Below, piece after piece: positions 1 to 7,129 of a DNA stretch of 17,566 nucleotides. The position numbers and the translations under genes are program-made. Each line of letters opens with the position of its first letter. The stretch's first letter is position 1. A model generated the notes under the pieces. That model searched no databases and was not told the DNA's origin. It saw only the letters and a program-made list of their open reading frames with translations. Source of the stretch: a virus (taxonomy: Duplodnaviria > Heunggongvirae > Uroviricota > Caudoviricetes); IMG/VR virus record IMGVR_UViG_3300029071_000015; one strand, 5' to 3'.

Positions 1-987
1 ATGAACGCAATAATATCGCCCGATTATTACTATGTTCTTACCGTTGCCGGTCAGTCTAATGCTATGGCGTATGGCGAAGGACTCCCGTTACCAGACAGTG
101 AAGATGCGCCTCATCCCAGAATAAAACAACTGGCGAGATTCACTCAGACGCATCCCGGTGGCCCGTTATGTCAATTTAATGACATTATTCCACTGACTCA
201 CTGCCCACACGATGTCCAGGATATGCAGGGTTATCACCATCCTCTGGCAACGAATCATCAAACACAGTACGGCACCGTTGGCCAGGCACTACATATTGCG
301 CGGAAATTACTGCCCTTCATTCCTGATAATGCAGGCGTTCTTATCGTTCCCTGTTGCCGTGGTGGATCGGCTTTTACCACGGGCAGCGAAGGGACATATT
401 CAGAACAGCACGGAGCCAGCCATGATTCATGTCGTTGGGGAGCGGATACTCCGCTGTATCAGGATTTAGTCAACAGAACACGAACGGCACTGTCAAAGAA
501 TCCGCAGAATAAATTCCTCGGCGTATGCTGGATGCAGGGCGAATTTGACTTAATGACCAGTGACTACGCGTTACATCCTCAATACTTTAATCATATGGTT
601 GAAGCCTTTCGTGAGGATTTGAAACAGTATCGTTCTCAGCTTAATAATATTGCTGCCGCTCCGTGGTTTTGCGGCGATACCACCTGGTACTGGAAAGAAA
701 ATTACCCTCATTCGTATGAAACGATTTATGGCAATTATAAAAATAATGCCTTAGCCAATATTATTTTCGTCGGCTTCCAGCAACAAGGTGAAAGAGGGCT
801 GACGAACGAGCCAGATGAAGATCCGGACGATTTTATCACGGGATATTACGGTTCAGCGTACCGAACACCAGAAAACTGGACGACGGTGCTACGCAGCAGT
901 CATTTCAGCTCAGCAGCCCGTCGGGGGATTATTTCTGACAAATTTGTTGAAGCTATTTTACGGTATTGGTGCGATATGTGGCTTTAA
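1..987 (+). CDS. nanS: N-acetyl-9-O-acetylneuraminate esterase (SGNH/sialate O-acetylesterase family), NanS/YjhS-like
   Basis: 328-aa ORF starting at window position 1; N-terminal GQSN motif typical of SGNH hydrolases; N-terminus MNAIISPDYYYVLTVAGQSNAMAYGEG matches my recollection of E. coli YjhS/NanS. Not verified by search. Confidence 0.75.
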   Translation: MNAIISPDYYYVLTVAGQSNAMAYGEGLPLPDSEDAPHPRIKQLARFTQTHPGGPLCQFNDIIPLTHCPHDVQDMQGYHHPLATNHQTQYGTVGQALHIARKLLPFIPDNAGVLIVPCCRGGSAFTTGSEGTYSEQHGASHDSCRWGADTPLYQDLVNRTRTALSKNPQNKFLGVCWMQGEFDLMTSDYALHPQYFNHMVEAFREDLKQYRSQLNNIAAAPWFCGDTTWYWKENYPHSYETIYGNYKNNALANIIFVGFQQQGERGLTNEPDEDPDDFITGYYGSAYRTPENWTTVLRSSHFSSAARRGIISDKFVEAILRYWCDMWL

Positions 988-988
988 T

Positions 989-1297
989 ATGCGCCACGAT
1001 GACACCACCGTCGCGCAGGAAGCGGCGCATATAAAATGGAAACAGCACGGCGGCCCTTGTGAAATCCCCAATGGTCTGGCGCTTTGCGCAATTCACCATA
1101 AAGCCTTTGATAAAGGATCGATTGGCCTGGATGAAAATATGCGGGTACTGGTCTCGGATGCGGTAAACGGCGGAGGGATCGTTGAGAAACTATTCTGGGA
1201 TTTTGACGGGAAAACTATTGCGTTGCCGCAGGTGCGTAAAAATTACCCTTTTGAGGGGTTTGTGGAGTGGCATCGGAAAGAGGTTTTTAGGGGGTGA
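989..1297 (+). pseudogene. C-terminal HNH-nuclease-domain fragment (truncated remnant)
   Basis: In-frame Met at 989 immediately after the nanS stop; the translation contains an H-N-H-like pattern (AAHIKWKQHGGPCEIPNGLALCAIHHKAFD). The upstream part of ORF 815..1297 overlaps nanS in another frame and is probably not coding, so no N-terminal domain is present. Confidence 0.3.
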
Positions 1298-1304
1298 GGT
1301 TTGC

Positions 1305-1350
1305 TGTAAATAGACCCGTTTTAGTTCCATGCATTTTTTGAGCTCCCGGC
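1305..1350. repeat. Left arm of a 46-bp inverted repeat (45/46 match to the reverse complement of 2521..2566)
   Basis: tgtaaatagacccgttttagttccatgcattttttgagctcccggc; the reverse complement of 2521..2566 is identical except one base (gagCtcc vs gagAtcc). Confidence 0.85.
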
Positions 1351-1386
1351 ACTGCTAAATCCGCGCTGGGGCAAGTTGGGTTTAGG

Positions 1387-1656
1387 TTGCGCCAGAAGAT
1401 GGCAACTCATCATGGTATGCAGTTCGTTCCATGGCTGAGAGTCACACTGGAGCAAGAGTTTGTACATAACAATCCGGCCAAAGTTAATGATGATAATTTC
1501 AATAACGATATTGCCGGAACAAGAGGAAGTTGCCAGGCTGGCATCAGCGCGGCTACCACGCCGCACACACATATTTACGCCAGCATAAATTATGAGAAAG
1601 GTGATGGGGTGGAATCGCCGTGGACTGGAAACATTGGCTTTAATTATAGTTTCTAA
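1387..1656 (+). CDS. Possible C-terminal fragment of an outer-membrane beta-barrel protein (questionable)
   Basis: 89-aa ORF ending in ...WTGNIGFNYSF with a terminal Phe and alternating aromatic/hydrophobic residues, reminiscent of an OMP C-terminal beta-strand signature; no convincing RBS identified. Confidence 0.2.
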   Translation: MRQKMATHHGMQFVPWLRVTLEQEFVHNNPAKVNDDNFNNDIAGTRGSCQAGISAATTPHTHIYASINYEKGDGVESPWTGNIGFNYSF

Positions 1657-1762
1657 TATGGCATTTCATGTTTATATCAATTCCTATATATCCATTGCTT
1701 TTACAATCAAATGAGAACACCATTCATTATCTTAACAATAGAGATGAAGTCAGGAGACAGCC

Positions 1763-2356
1763 ATGTCATTGCTAGAGTCATTTGGGAAAGTATTAATTAT
1801 ATTGCTTGAAGCATTTTTAGGGAAACGCAAAGGTCAGGAGGAAGCACATATTAATTTTTTAAATGAATATACGAAAGAAAACTGCAACCATCGCTTGGTA
1901 GAATATTGGTTTTGTCAGCTCACAGGATGGCGTTACGCAAAGTACCAGGATATTGTTTTTATAATGATCTCATCCGACCCATCAAAAATATTGTATATGG
2001 CTAAAGGCATTAATTACATTGCCCGTACAGTGGAATTTATTGATAGTGGAGAATGTAAACTATCCGATAGACATAAAGAAACGAAAAAGAATACATTCCT
2101 CTTTTTGTTCATATCATTCATGATCATTTTCTTCATATTAATTGCCTGGATGGTATCCTCTGTAATATCTCTGATAACACATCATCATGATGTCATATTA
2201 ATGGCTATAAATATTTCATCGATAATAGCTGGTGCGATTTTTATCATGTGCTTTGCATTCTTCATTCATGCAATAACAATGGAGTTTTTTGCCTTTGAAA
2301 AGGCAGAGCATTTTGTAAAATCTTACAATGCAGAAAGAGCATCATCAGGTCGTTAA
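1763..2356 (+). CDS. Hypothetical membrane protein (soluble N-terminal ~110 aa followed by 2-3 predicted TM helices)
   Basis: 197-aa ORF with a strong RBS (caggagacagccATG); AT-rich codon usage; hydrophobic stretches FLFLFISFMIIFFILIAWMVSSVISLI and ILMAINISSIIAGAIFIMCFAFFIHAI; lies inside the inverted-repeat-bounded segment. Confidence 0.6.
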   Translation: MSLLESFGKVLIILLEAFLGKRKGQEEAHINFLNEYTKENCNHRLVEYWFCQLTGWRYAKYQDIVFIMISSDPSKILYMAKGINYIARTVEFIDSGECKLSDRHKETKKNTFLFLFISFMIIFFILIAWMVSSVISLITHHHDVILMAINISSIIAGAIFIMCFAFFIHAITMEFFAFEKAEHFVKSYNAERASSGR

Positions 2357-2520
2357 TGTTTGCCTCTATATTAATGCTACTGCTATCGCCACCTATTAAT
2401 ATCTGCCAATCAATAGGCAAAAAGGTGATACCAGTGGCATCAAAATTTCAGCCAAACAATCTTTGTAAGACGAAGATCTCTGATTTAACACTGCACTGAT
2501 TTTGGGCCAGGGTCAATTTG

Positions 2521-2566
2521 GCCGGGATCTCAAAAAATGCATGGAACTAAAACGGGTCTATTTACA
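2521..2566. repeat. Right arm of the 46-bp inverted repeat
   Basis: gccgggatctcaaaaaatgcatggaactaaaacgggtctatttaca; its last base abuts the first codon of the sid remnant. Confidence 0.85.
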
Positions 2567-2698
2567 ACCGGACTGTCAGCGGCAACACTCCCGCACATGG
2601 ATTATGAGGTGGCAGACACACCGGCACAGCGCAAGGTGTGGCAGGACAAAATAGACCAGCAGGCAGCAGAGCTTAAGGCCAGAGGACTGCTGTCATGA
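2567..2698 (+). pseudogene. sid: 3' remnant (last ~43 codons) of a P4 sid-like capsid-size-determination gene
   Basis: Translation TGLSAATLPHMDYEVADTPAQRKVWQDKIDQQAAELKARGLLS* matches my recollection of the P4 Sid C-terminus; the stop overlaps the next start (tcATGAtg), as expected in a sid-delta-psu late operon. Confidence 0.6.
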
Positions 2699-2806
2699 TG
2701 CGCTGCCATTTCTGTCGTCATTCTGCGCATACCCGCACCGGCAAGCACAGCACCGGCTGTTGTCCGAAAAGTTAAAGGCTGTTACAGCTCACCATTCAAC
2801 CATTAA
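2695..2806 (+). pseudogene. ogr/delta-like zinc-finger late activator gene with internal deletion and frameshift
   Basis: Starts MMRCHFCRHSAHTRT (CxxC zinc-finger start like Ogr/delta) and terminates early; its 3' end in another frame encodes KVKGCYSSPFNH*, matching the C-terminus KVQGCYSSPFRH* of the intact copy at 12450..12689. About 110 bp here versus 240 bp in the intact copy. Confidence 0.55.
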
Positions 2807-2820
2807 TCAGGAGACGGGGT

Positions 2821-3393
2821 GTGACTACAATGTCATTACAGCAGGCTTTTGAGGTCTGCCAGAATAATAAAGCGGCATAGCTTCAGCGCAAAAATGAACT
2901 AGCGGCAGCCGAACAGGAATATCTGCGGCTTCTGTCCGGGGAAGGCAGGAATGTCAACCGGCTGGACGAATTACGCAATATTATCGAAGTCAGAAAATGG
3001 CTGGTGAATCAGGCCGCCGGTCGTTATATTCGTTCGCATGAAGCCGTTCAGCACATCAGCATCTGCGACCGGCTGAATGATTTTATGCAGCAGCACGGCA
3101 CAGCACTGGCGGCCGCACTGGCACCGGAGCTGATGGGCTACAGTGAGCTGACGGCCGTTGCCCGAAACTGAGCCATACAGCGTGCCACAGATGCCCTGCG
3201 TGAAGCCCTCCTGTCCTGGCTTGCGAAGGGTGAAAAAATTAATTATTCCGCACAGGATAGCGACATTTTAACGGCTATCGGATTCAGGCCTGACGAGGCT
3301 TCGGTGGATGACAGCCGTGAAAAATTCACTCCTGCGCAGAACATAATTTTTTCCCGTAAAAGTGCAGAACTGGCATCACGTCAGTCTGTGTAA
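2821..3393 (+). pseudogene. psu: psu (polarity suppression protein) pseudogene with two in-frame stop codons
   Basis: A 573-nt frame (190 codons plus stop, GTG start with RBS aggagacgggGTG) alignable along its length to the intact Psu at 12705..13271 (roughly 60% identity by eye); TAG at 2878..2880 where the intact copy has Trp, and TGA near 3170 where a sense codon is expected. Confidence 0.75.
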
Positions 3394-3423
3394 AATTCCC
3401 CGAAAATCCGCCTGTTTTTACTG

Positions 3424-3458
3424 AAAAAAGCCATGCATCGATAAGGTGCATGGCTTTG
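3424..3458 (+). terminator. Putative intrinsic terminator downstream of psu (element 2 copy)
   Basis: Hairpin gccatgca-tcgataagg-tgcatggc followed by ttt; a homologous hairpin follows the intact psu at 13311..13346. Confidence 0.35.
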
Positions 3459-3557
3459 CATGCGTTTTCCCGCCTCATTTCCTGCAGATCACGCCGCACC
3501 CGGCGCGGCCTGAGCGTGTCAGTGCAACTGCATTAAAACCGCTCCGCAAAGCGGGCG

Positions 3558-3576
3558 GGCGAGGCGGGGAAAGCAC
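3558..3576. other. cos site (19-nt P2/P4-type cohesive-end sequence)
   Basis: ggcgaggcggggaaagcac is identical to the P2/P4 cohesive-end sequence as I recall it, and sits downstream of psu as in P4. Confidence 0.6.
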
Positions 3577-3603
3577 TGCGCGCTGCAAATTAATACTAGC
3601 TTA

Positions 3604-4167
3604 TTAAGCATCCGCTTCAAATCCTCCAAGATCGATTTGCTCTTCGATTTCAGGAGTCCAAAGTAATTCTTCTGGCGTAGCGTTTGACCAAAGCAATTTA
3701 CCATTCTCGATAACATACTTAACCGGTATTTTAGGATTGTTTATGTCTTTACCATCTCTTTCATGCCATTGTCTCTCCCATTTATCATAGAAGACTTCCA
3801 AATCACCGGGCATGAGTAAATAAACTGAACGGATAGTGATATTACTATAAATTGCGAACACCCATGGAACCTGCCTATATTTCGCAATTATTGTTGGATT
3901 CATATGATGGTGAGTTGAAAAACTTTTAGTTAACTCAACATTAACTGATTTTAATTCAAACTCAGTACCAGTGACATCTACTGCATCATTACCTTCTCGC
4001 CCAGGAAGAACTTTAAGACTGAGAAGTAAAAGAACTTGCAGGAGTTTCCCTCCGTTATCTTGGAATATATCATTGATTCCGTGCTTATTAGCTAACCGTT
4101 GATATTCTTCAACCTGAGGCCAAAGCGCAATTAAATTTGACCAATCTTGATGCAACTCAAATTTCAT
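3604..4167 (-). CDS. Type II restriction endonuclease, PvuII-like (PD-(D/E)xK)
   Basis: 187-aa ORF; segments [51 protein letters not shown] and DKWER match my recollection of R.PvuII, including the catalytic D...E-x-K; ATGA overlap with the upstream C gene; divergent from the methyltransferase. Confidence 0.75.
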   Translation of the reverse strand: MKFELHQDWSNLIALWPQVEEYQRLANKHGINDIFQDNGGKLLQVLLLLSLKVLPGREGNDAVDVTGTEFELKSVNVELTKSFSTHHHMNPTIIAKYRQVPWVFAIYSNITIRSVYLLMPGDLEVFYDKWERQWHERDGKDINNPKIPVKYVIENGKLLWSNATPEELLWTPEIEEQIDLGGFEADA

Positions 4168-4400
4168 ACCTGATTATTCTCCAACAGGGAACTGGGAGAG
4201 ACGCCAAGGGCTGAAGCAATTCGGTCGATATTATCAATGGAAATATTTCTTTCACATCGCTCTACTGATCCGATGTAAGTTCTATGCAAGCCTGCTAAGT
4301 CAGCCAAGGCTTCTTGAGACAACCCTTGTCTCTCCCTTAACTTTCTGATGTTATGGGCAAAAATCACTCTTGCTCTTGAGGGGTTTATCTTTCGTTCCAT
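4164..4400 (-). CDS. Controller (C) protein of restriction-modification system, XRE-family HTH
   Basis: 78-aa ORF with a helix-turn-helix region ([41 protein letters not shown]) resembling C.PvuII-type controller proteins; sits immediately upstream of and overlaps the endonuclease gene. Confidence 0.8.
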   Translation of the reverse strand: MERKINPSRARVIFAHNIRKLRERQGLSQEALADLAGLHRTYIGSVERCERNISIDNIDRIASALGVSPSSLLENNQV

Positions 4401-4427
4401 TCGCGAGACAATGCAGCCTTGATGACA

Positions 4428-4452
4428 ATAGATCTACAGACTATGAGTAGCA
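4428..4452. promoter_or_regulatory. Putative C-box operator in the divergent M/C-R intergenic region
   Basis: The 55-bp intergenic region contains dyad-symmetric elements (tagatcta; actatgagt, i.e. ACT-N3-AGT) just upstream of the C gene start, where C-protein operators normally lie. Confidence 0.4.
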
Positions 4453-4455
4453 GTT

Positions 4456-5430
4456 ATGACATTTGACAATAAAAAACCTGCGTACAAAACAGATTTGGGT
4501 GCAATGTACATTGCTGACTCGCTTGAAATGCTTAAATCGATGCCAGACAACAGCTTAAATTTAGTGATGACAAGCCCACCTTTCGCATTACAGCGTAAGA
4601 AAGAATATGGTAATCACGATCAAGAACAGTACATCGATTGGTTTTTAAAATTCGGCGAGCTGATTTTTAAAAAGCTAAAAGATGATGGTAGCTTTGTCGT
4701 CGATTTTGGTGGTGCTTACATGAAAGGAGTGCCTGTTAGAAGTGTCTACAACTTCCGGGTTTTGATCAGGATGATTGATGAGGTTGGGTTCCATCTGGCT
4801 GAGGACTTCTATTGGTTTAACCCTTCAAAACTACCAAGTCCTATTGAGTGGGTTAACAAAAGAAAGCTGCGTGTTAAAGATTCTGTTAACACAATTTGGT
4901 GGTTTAGCAAAACCGAATGGCCAAAGTCAGATATAACTAAAGTTCTTGTTCCCTATAGTGATAGGATGAAAAAACTTATTGAAGACCCTAATAAATATTA
5001 TTCCCCCAAAATGCGTCCATCAGGGCATGATATAAGCAGCAGCTTTGGCAAAGATAATGGCGGTGCTATACCTCCAAATTTATTGCAAATTCCCAACTCC
5101 GAATCTAACGGTGGATATTTATCGAGTTGTAAAAAAATTGGCGTTAAGGGGCATCCAGCACGATTCCCATCTAAATTGCCGGAGTTTTTCATTACAATGT
5201 TAACAGAGCCGGGTGATCTTGTTGTAGATATTTTTGGCGGTTCAAATACAACTGGAAGTGTTGCTGAACGATTAAAACGCAAATGGCTTTCATTTGAAAT
5301 ATTACCTGAATATGTAGCCGCATCTGTATTTAGATTTACAGATAAAAATACAAGTCAAGATATACTTCAAGAGATGTATGACACTATATTAAATGGAAAT
5401 ACTCTCGATTTATGCGCCAAAGAGAAATAA
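4456..5430 (+). CDS. DNA methyltransferase, beta-class amino-MTase (likely N4-cytosine, M.PvuII-like)
   Basis: 324-aa ORF; motif IV TSPPF near the N-terminus and motif I FGGSNTTG near the C-terminus (the circularly permuted order typical of beta-class N4C/N6A MTases); divergently arranged to the C-R genes. Confidence 0.8.
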   Translation: MTFDNKKPAYKTDLGAMYIADSLEMLKSMPDNSLNLVMTSPPFALQRKKEYGNHDQEQYIDWFLKFGELIFKKLKDDGSFVVDFGGAYMKGVPVRSVYNFRVLIRMIDEVGFHLAEDFYWFNPSKLPSPIEWVNKRKLRVKDSVNTIWWFSKTEWPKSDITKVLVPYSDRMKKLIEDPNKYYSPKMRPSGHDISSSFGKDNGGAIPPNLLQIPNSESNGGYLSSCKKIGVKGHPARFPSKLPEFFITMLTEPGDLVVDIFGGSNTTGSVAERLKRKWLSFEILPEYVAASVFRFTDKNTSQDILQEMYDTILNGNTLDLCAKEK

Positions 5431-5505
5431 GGTCAAATCGTAGTTAGCTAATTCGTAAAGAAAGCCAGTCATAGAGTCAGATTGGCTTTCTATCAGCATA
5501 AATAA

Positions 5506-6764
5506 TTAAGCATGAAGTTTTGCGTAGTCAAATGGACTAATAGGTTTAATCTTGTTTGCATCAAGATAATCAGCCCACCATTGAACCATTAATCGCCTTT
5601 CATCCAAATGTTCAGGGGTATGAATATAAGCTGCCCTAACACTATTACGCTCAGAATGACTCAACTGACGTTCTATCGCGTCATCACTCCATAGCCCCGA
5701 CTCCCCCAACGCACCACGTGCCATATTCCTAAAACCATGACCACAGACTTCCGTTTTTGTGTTATATCCCATCGCACGCAATGCATTGTTTACCGTATTT
5801 TCACTCATAACCTTAGCTGCGTCATGATCTCCCGGGAAAAGAAGCTCTTTATCACCACTAATCTGCTCAAGCTGTACTAACAACATCATCGCCTGCTGGC
5901 TAAGTGGAACTATATGCTCCTCTTTCATTTTCATGCCGCGATACGAGTAACGCACACCTTTAATTTCTTCACGTTTTGCCGGAATACGCCAAATAGCGTT
6001 ATCAAAATCAAATTCTTTCCAACGAGCAAAACGCAATTCGCTTGAACGAACAAAAGTTAGTAAAGAAAGCTCAACCGCAATTTTCGTCATCATACGACCA
6101 CGATATGCAGCAAGACGCGCCAAGAACTCAGGGAAACGATGTGAGGGTAGCGCCGGATAGTGCCGCATTTTAGATGTCGATAACGCTCCAGCCATATCAC
6201 TTGCAGGATTCGAGTCTATATAATCGTTCTGTACGGCATAGCGCATAATAGTAGTGACACGTTGCTGAAGACGCTGCGCTACATCATGCTTACCACTGGC
6301 ATCAACTTTTTTATCGGAGCTAGAAGATGACTAGTTTTAAGCTGTCGGATATCAGACGAGCCAATATAAGGGAAGATATAAAGCTCTAGATAGCGAAGAA
6401 CGCGCCCCCGATGATCCTCGCTCCAACGTTTGTTGCTGGCATGCCATTCACGGGTAATAGTTTCAAAATTATAAGTACCAGCATTCTCTGCTTGGGCCTC
6501 TTTTCGTACTGCTTTTGGATCTATGCCGTGTGCCAGCAACTTTTTCGCTTCATCCCTTCTCGTTCTAGCTTCAGCAAGCGTCACGGTCGGCCAAACACCA
6601 AAAGCAAGACGATCCTCTTTTTTGTCGGAGGGGCGTCTGTATTTCATACGCCAATATTTAGAGCCTTTGATAGAAACCTCAAGATACAAACCGCCACCAT
6701 CAGCCATTTTGTAGGTTTTGTCTTTTAGCTTTGCGGTCTCGACTTGTCTGGCGTTGAGCTTCAT
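5506..6764 (-). pseudogene. int: P4-family tyrosine integrase, frameshifted (split into 6279..6764 and 5506..6246 ORFs)
   Basis: The two ORFs together align along the intact integrase at 16301..17566 (roughly 85-90% identity); the nucleotide alignment shows a 1-bp deletion near 6270..6290 (ttttttatcgg versus ttttttaatcgg in the intact copy) that breaks the frame. Confidence 0.8.
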
Positions 6765-6916
6765 TTTGGGGGCACATTTCTAATCGAAGTTAAGATGCCC
6801 CCAATGATATCCGGATTTCAACGGACAACCTCGGAAGAGGTAGGACGTAAAAATCGCTGCAAGCATTGATTTTAAAGGGATATTTGGACTTTCTCGGATG
6901 GTCTTGGAAGTACTAA

Positions 6917-6935
6917 TGGTGCGAAGGCCGGACTC
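6917..6935 (-). other. att core remnant: partial copy of a tRNA-Leu (leuX-like) 3' end
   Basis: tggtgcgaaggccggactc is the reverse complement of a tRNA-Leu 3' end (...GAGTCCGGCCTTCG(G)CACCA) with one base missing; located ~150 bp upstream of the frameshifted int, in the same orientation as a tRNA-int arrangement. Confidence 0.45.
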
Positions 6936-7080
6936 AAATTACGATATAACATACTGAAATATAATAATTTTAAATTAAAAGGAAAGTAATATGCCCCCTT
7001 TTGTGCCCCCAACGATTTTTTTGAGCATATAAAACCTAGCTAATTGATATTGCTAACAAATTAAAGATTAACTCCCTATT

Positions 7081-7111
7081 CGGTTAGGATCCGAAATCCG
7101 GATCCTAACCG
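7081..7111. repeat. Perfect 13-bp inverted repeat with 5-nt spacer
   Basis: cggttaggatccg-aaatc-cggatcctaaccg; no flanking T-run, so not a typical intrinsic terminator. Confidence 0.7.
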
Positions 7112-7129
7112 GAACTTAATCCCCACAAA

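Noticed and set aside
212-469. ORF 212..469 (plus) inside nanS and ORF 4998..5282 (minus) inside the methyltransferase gene
   Set aside because: Embedded alternative-frame or antisense ORFs within strongly supported genes.
815-988. N-terminal extension of ORF 815..1297 overlapping the 3' end of nanS
   Set aside because: Overlaps nanS in a different frame; the recognisable HNH-like sequence starts only at the internal Met at 989, so the extension is probably non-coding.
3519-3716. Minus-strand ORF 3519..3716 overlapping the cos site and the endonuclease 3' end
   Set aside because: Overlaps the endonuclease in another frame and runs across the cos sequence; no support as a gene.
5458-5491. 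Hairpin gaaagcca...tggctttc between the methyltransferase and the decayed integrase as an intrinsic terminator
   Set aside because: Loop is long (15 nt) and neither strand has a proper U-run after the stem; too weak to call.
6411-6728. Plus-strand ORFs 6411..6728 and 6523..6714 opposite the N-terminal integrase fragment; likewise 16298..16495 and 16777..17049 opposite the intact integrase
   Set aside because: Antisense to well-supported integrase sequence; no RBS or recognisable domains.
6917-6935. A complete tRNA gene at the inter-element junction
   Set aside because: Only about 19 bp match a tRNA-Leu 3' end; upstream sequence does not continue into T-arm or anticodon-arm sequence, so this is an att-type partial copy, not a tRNA gene.
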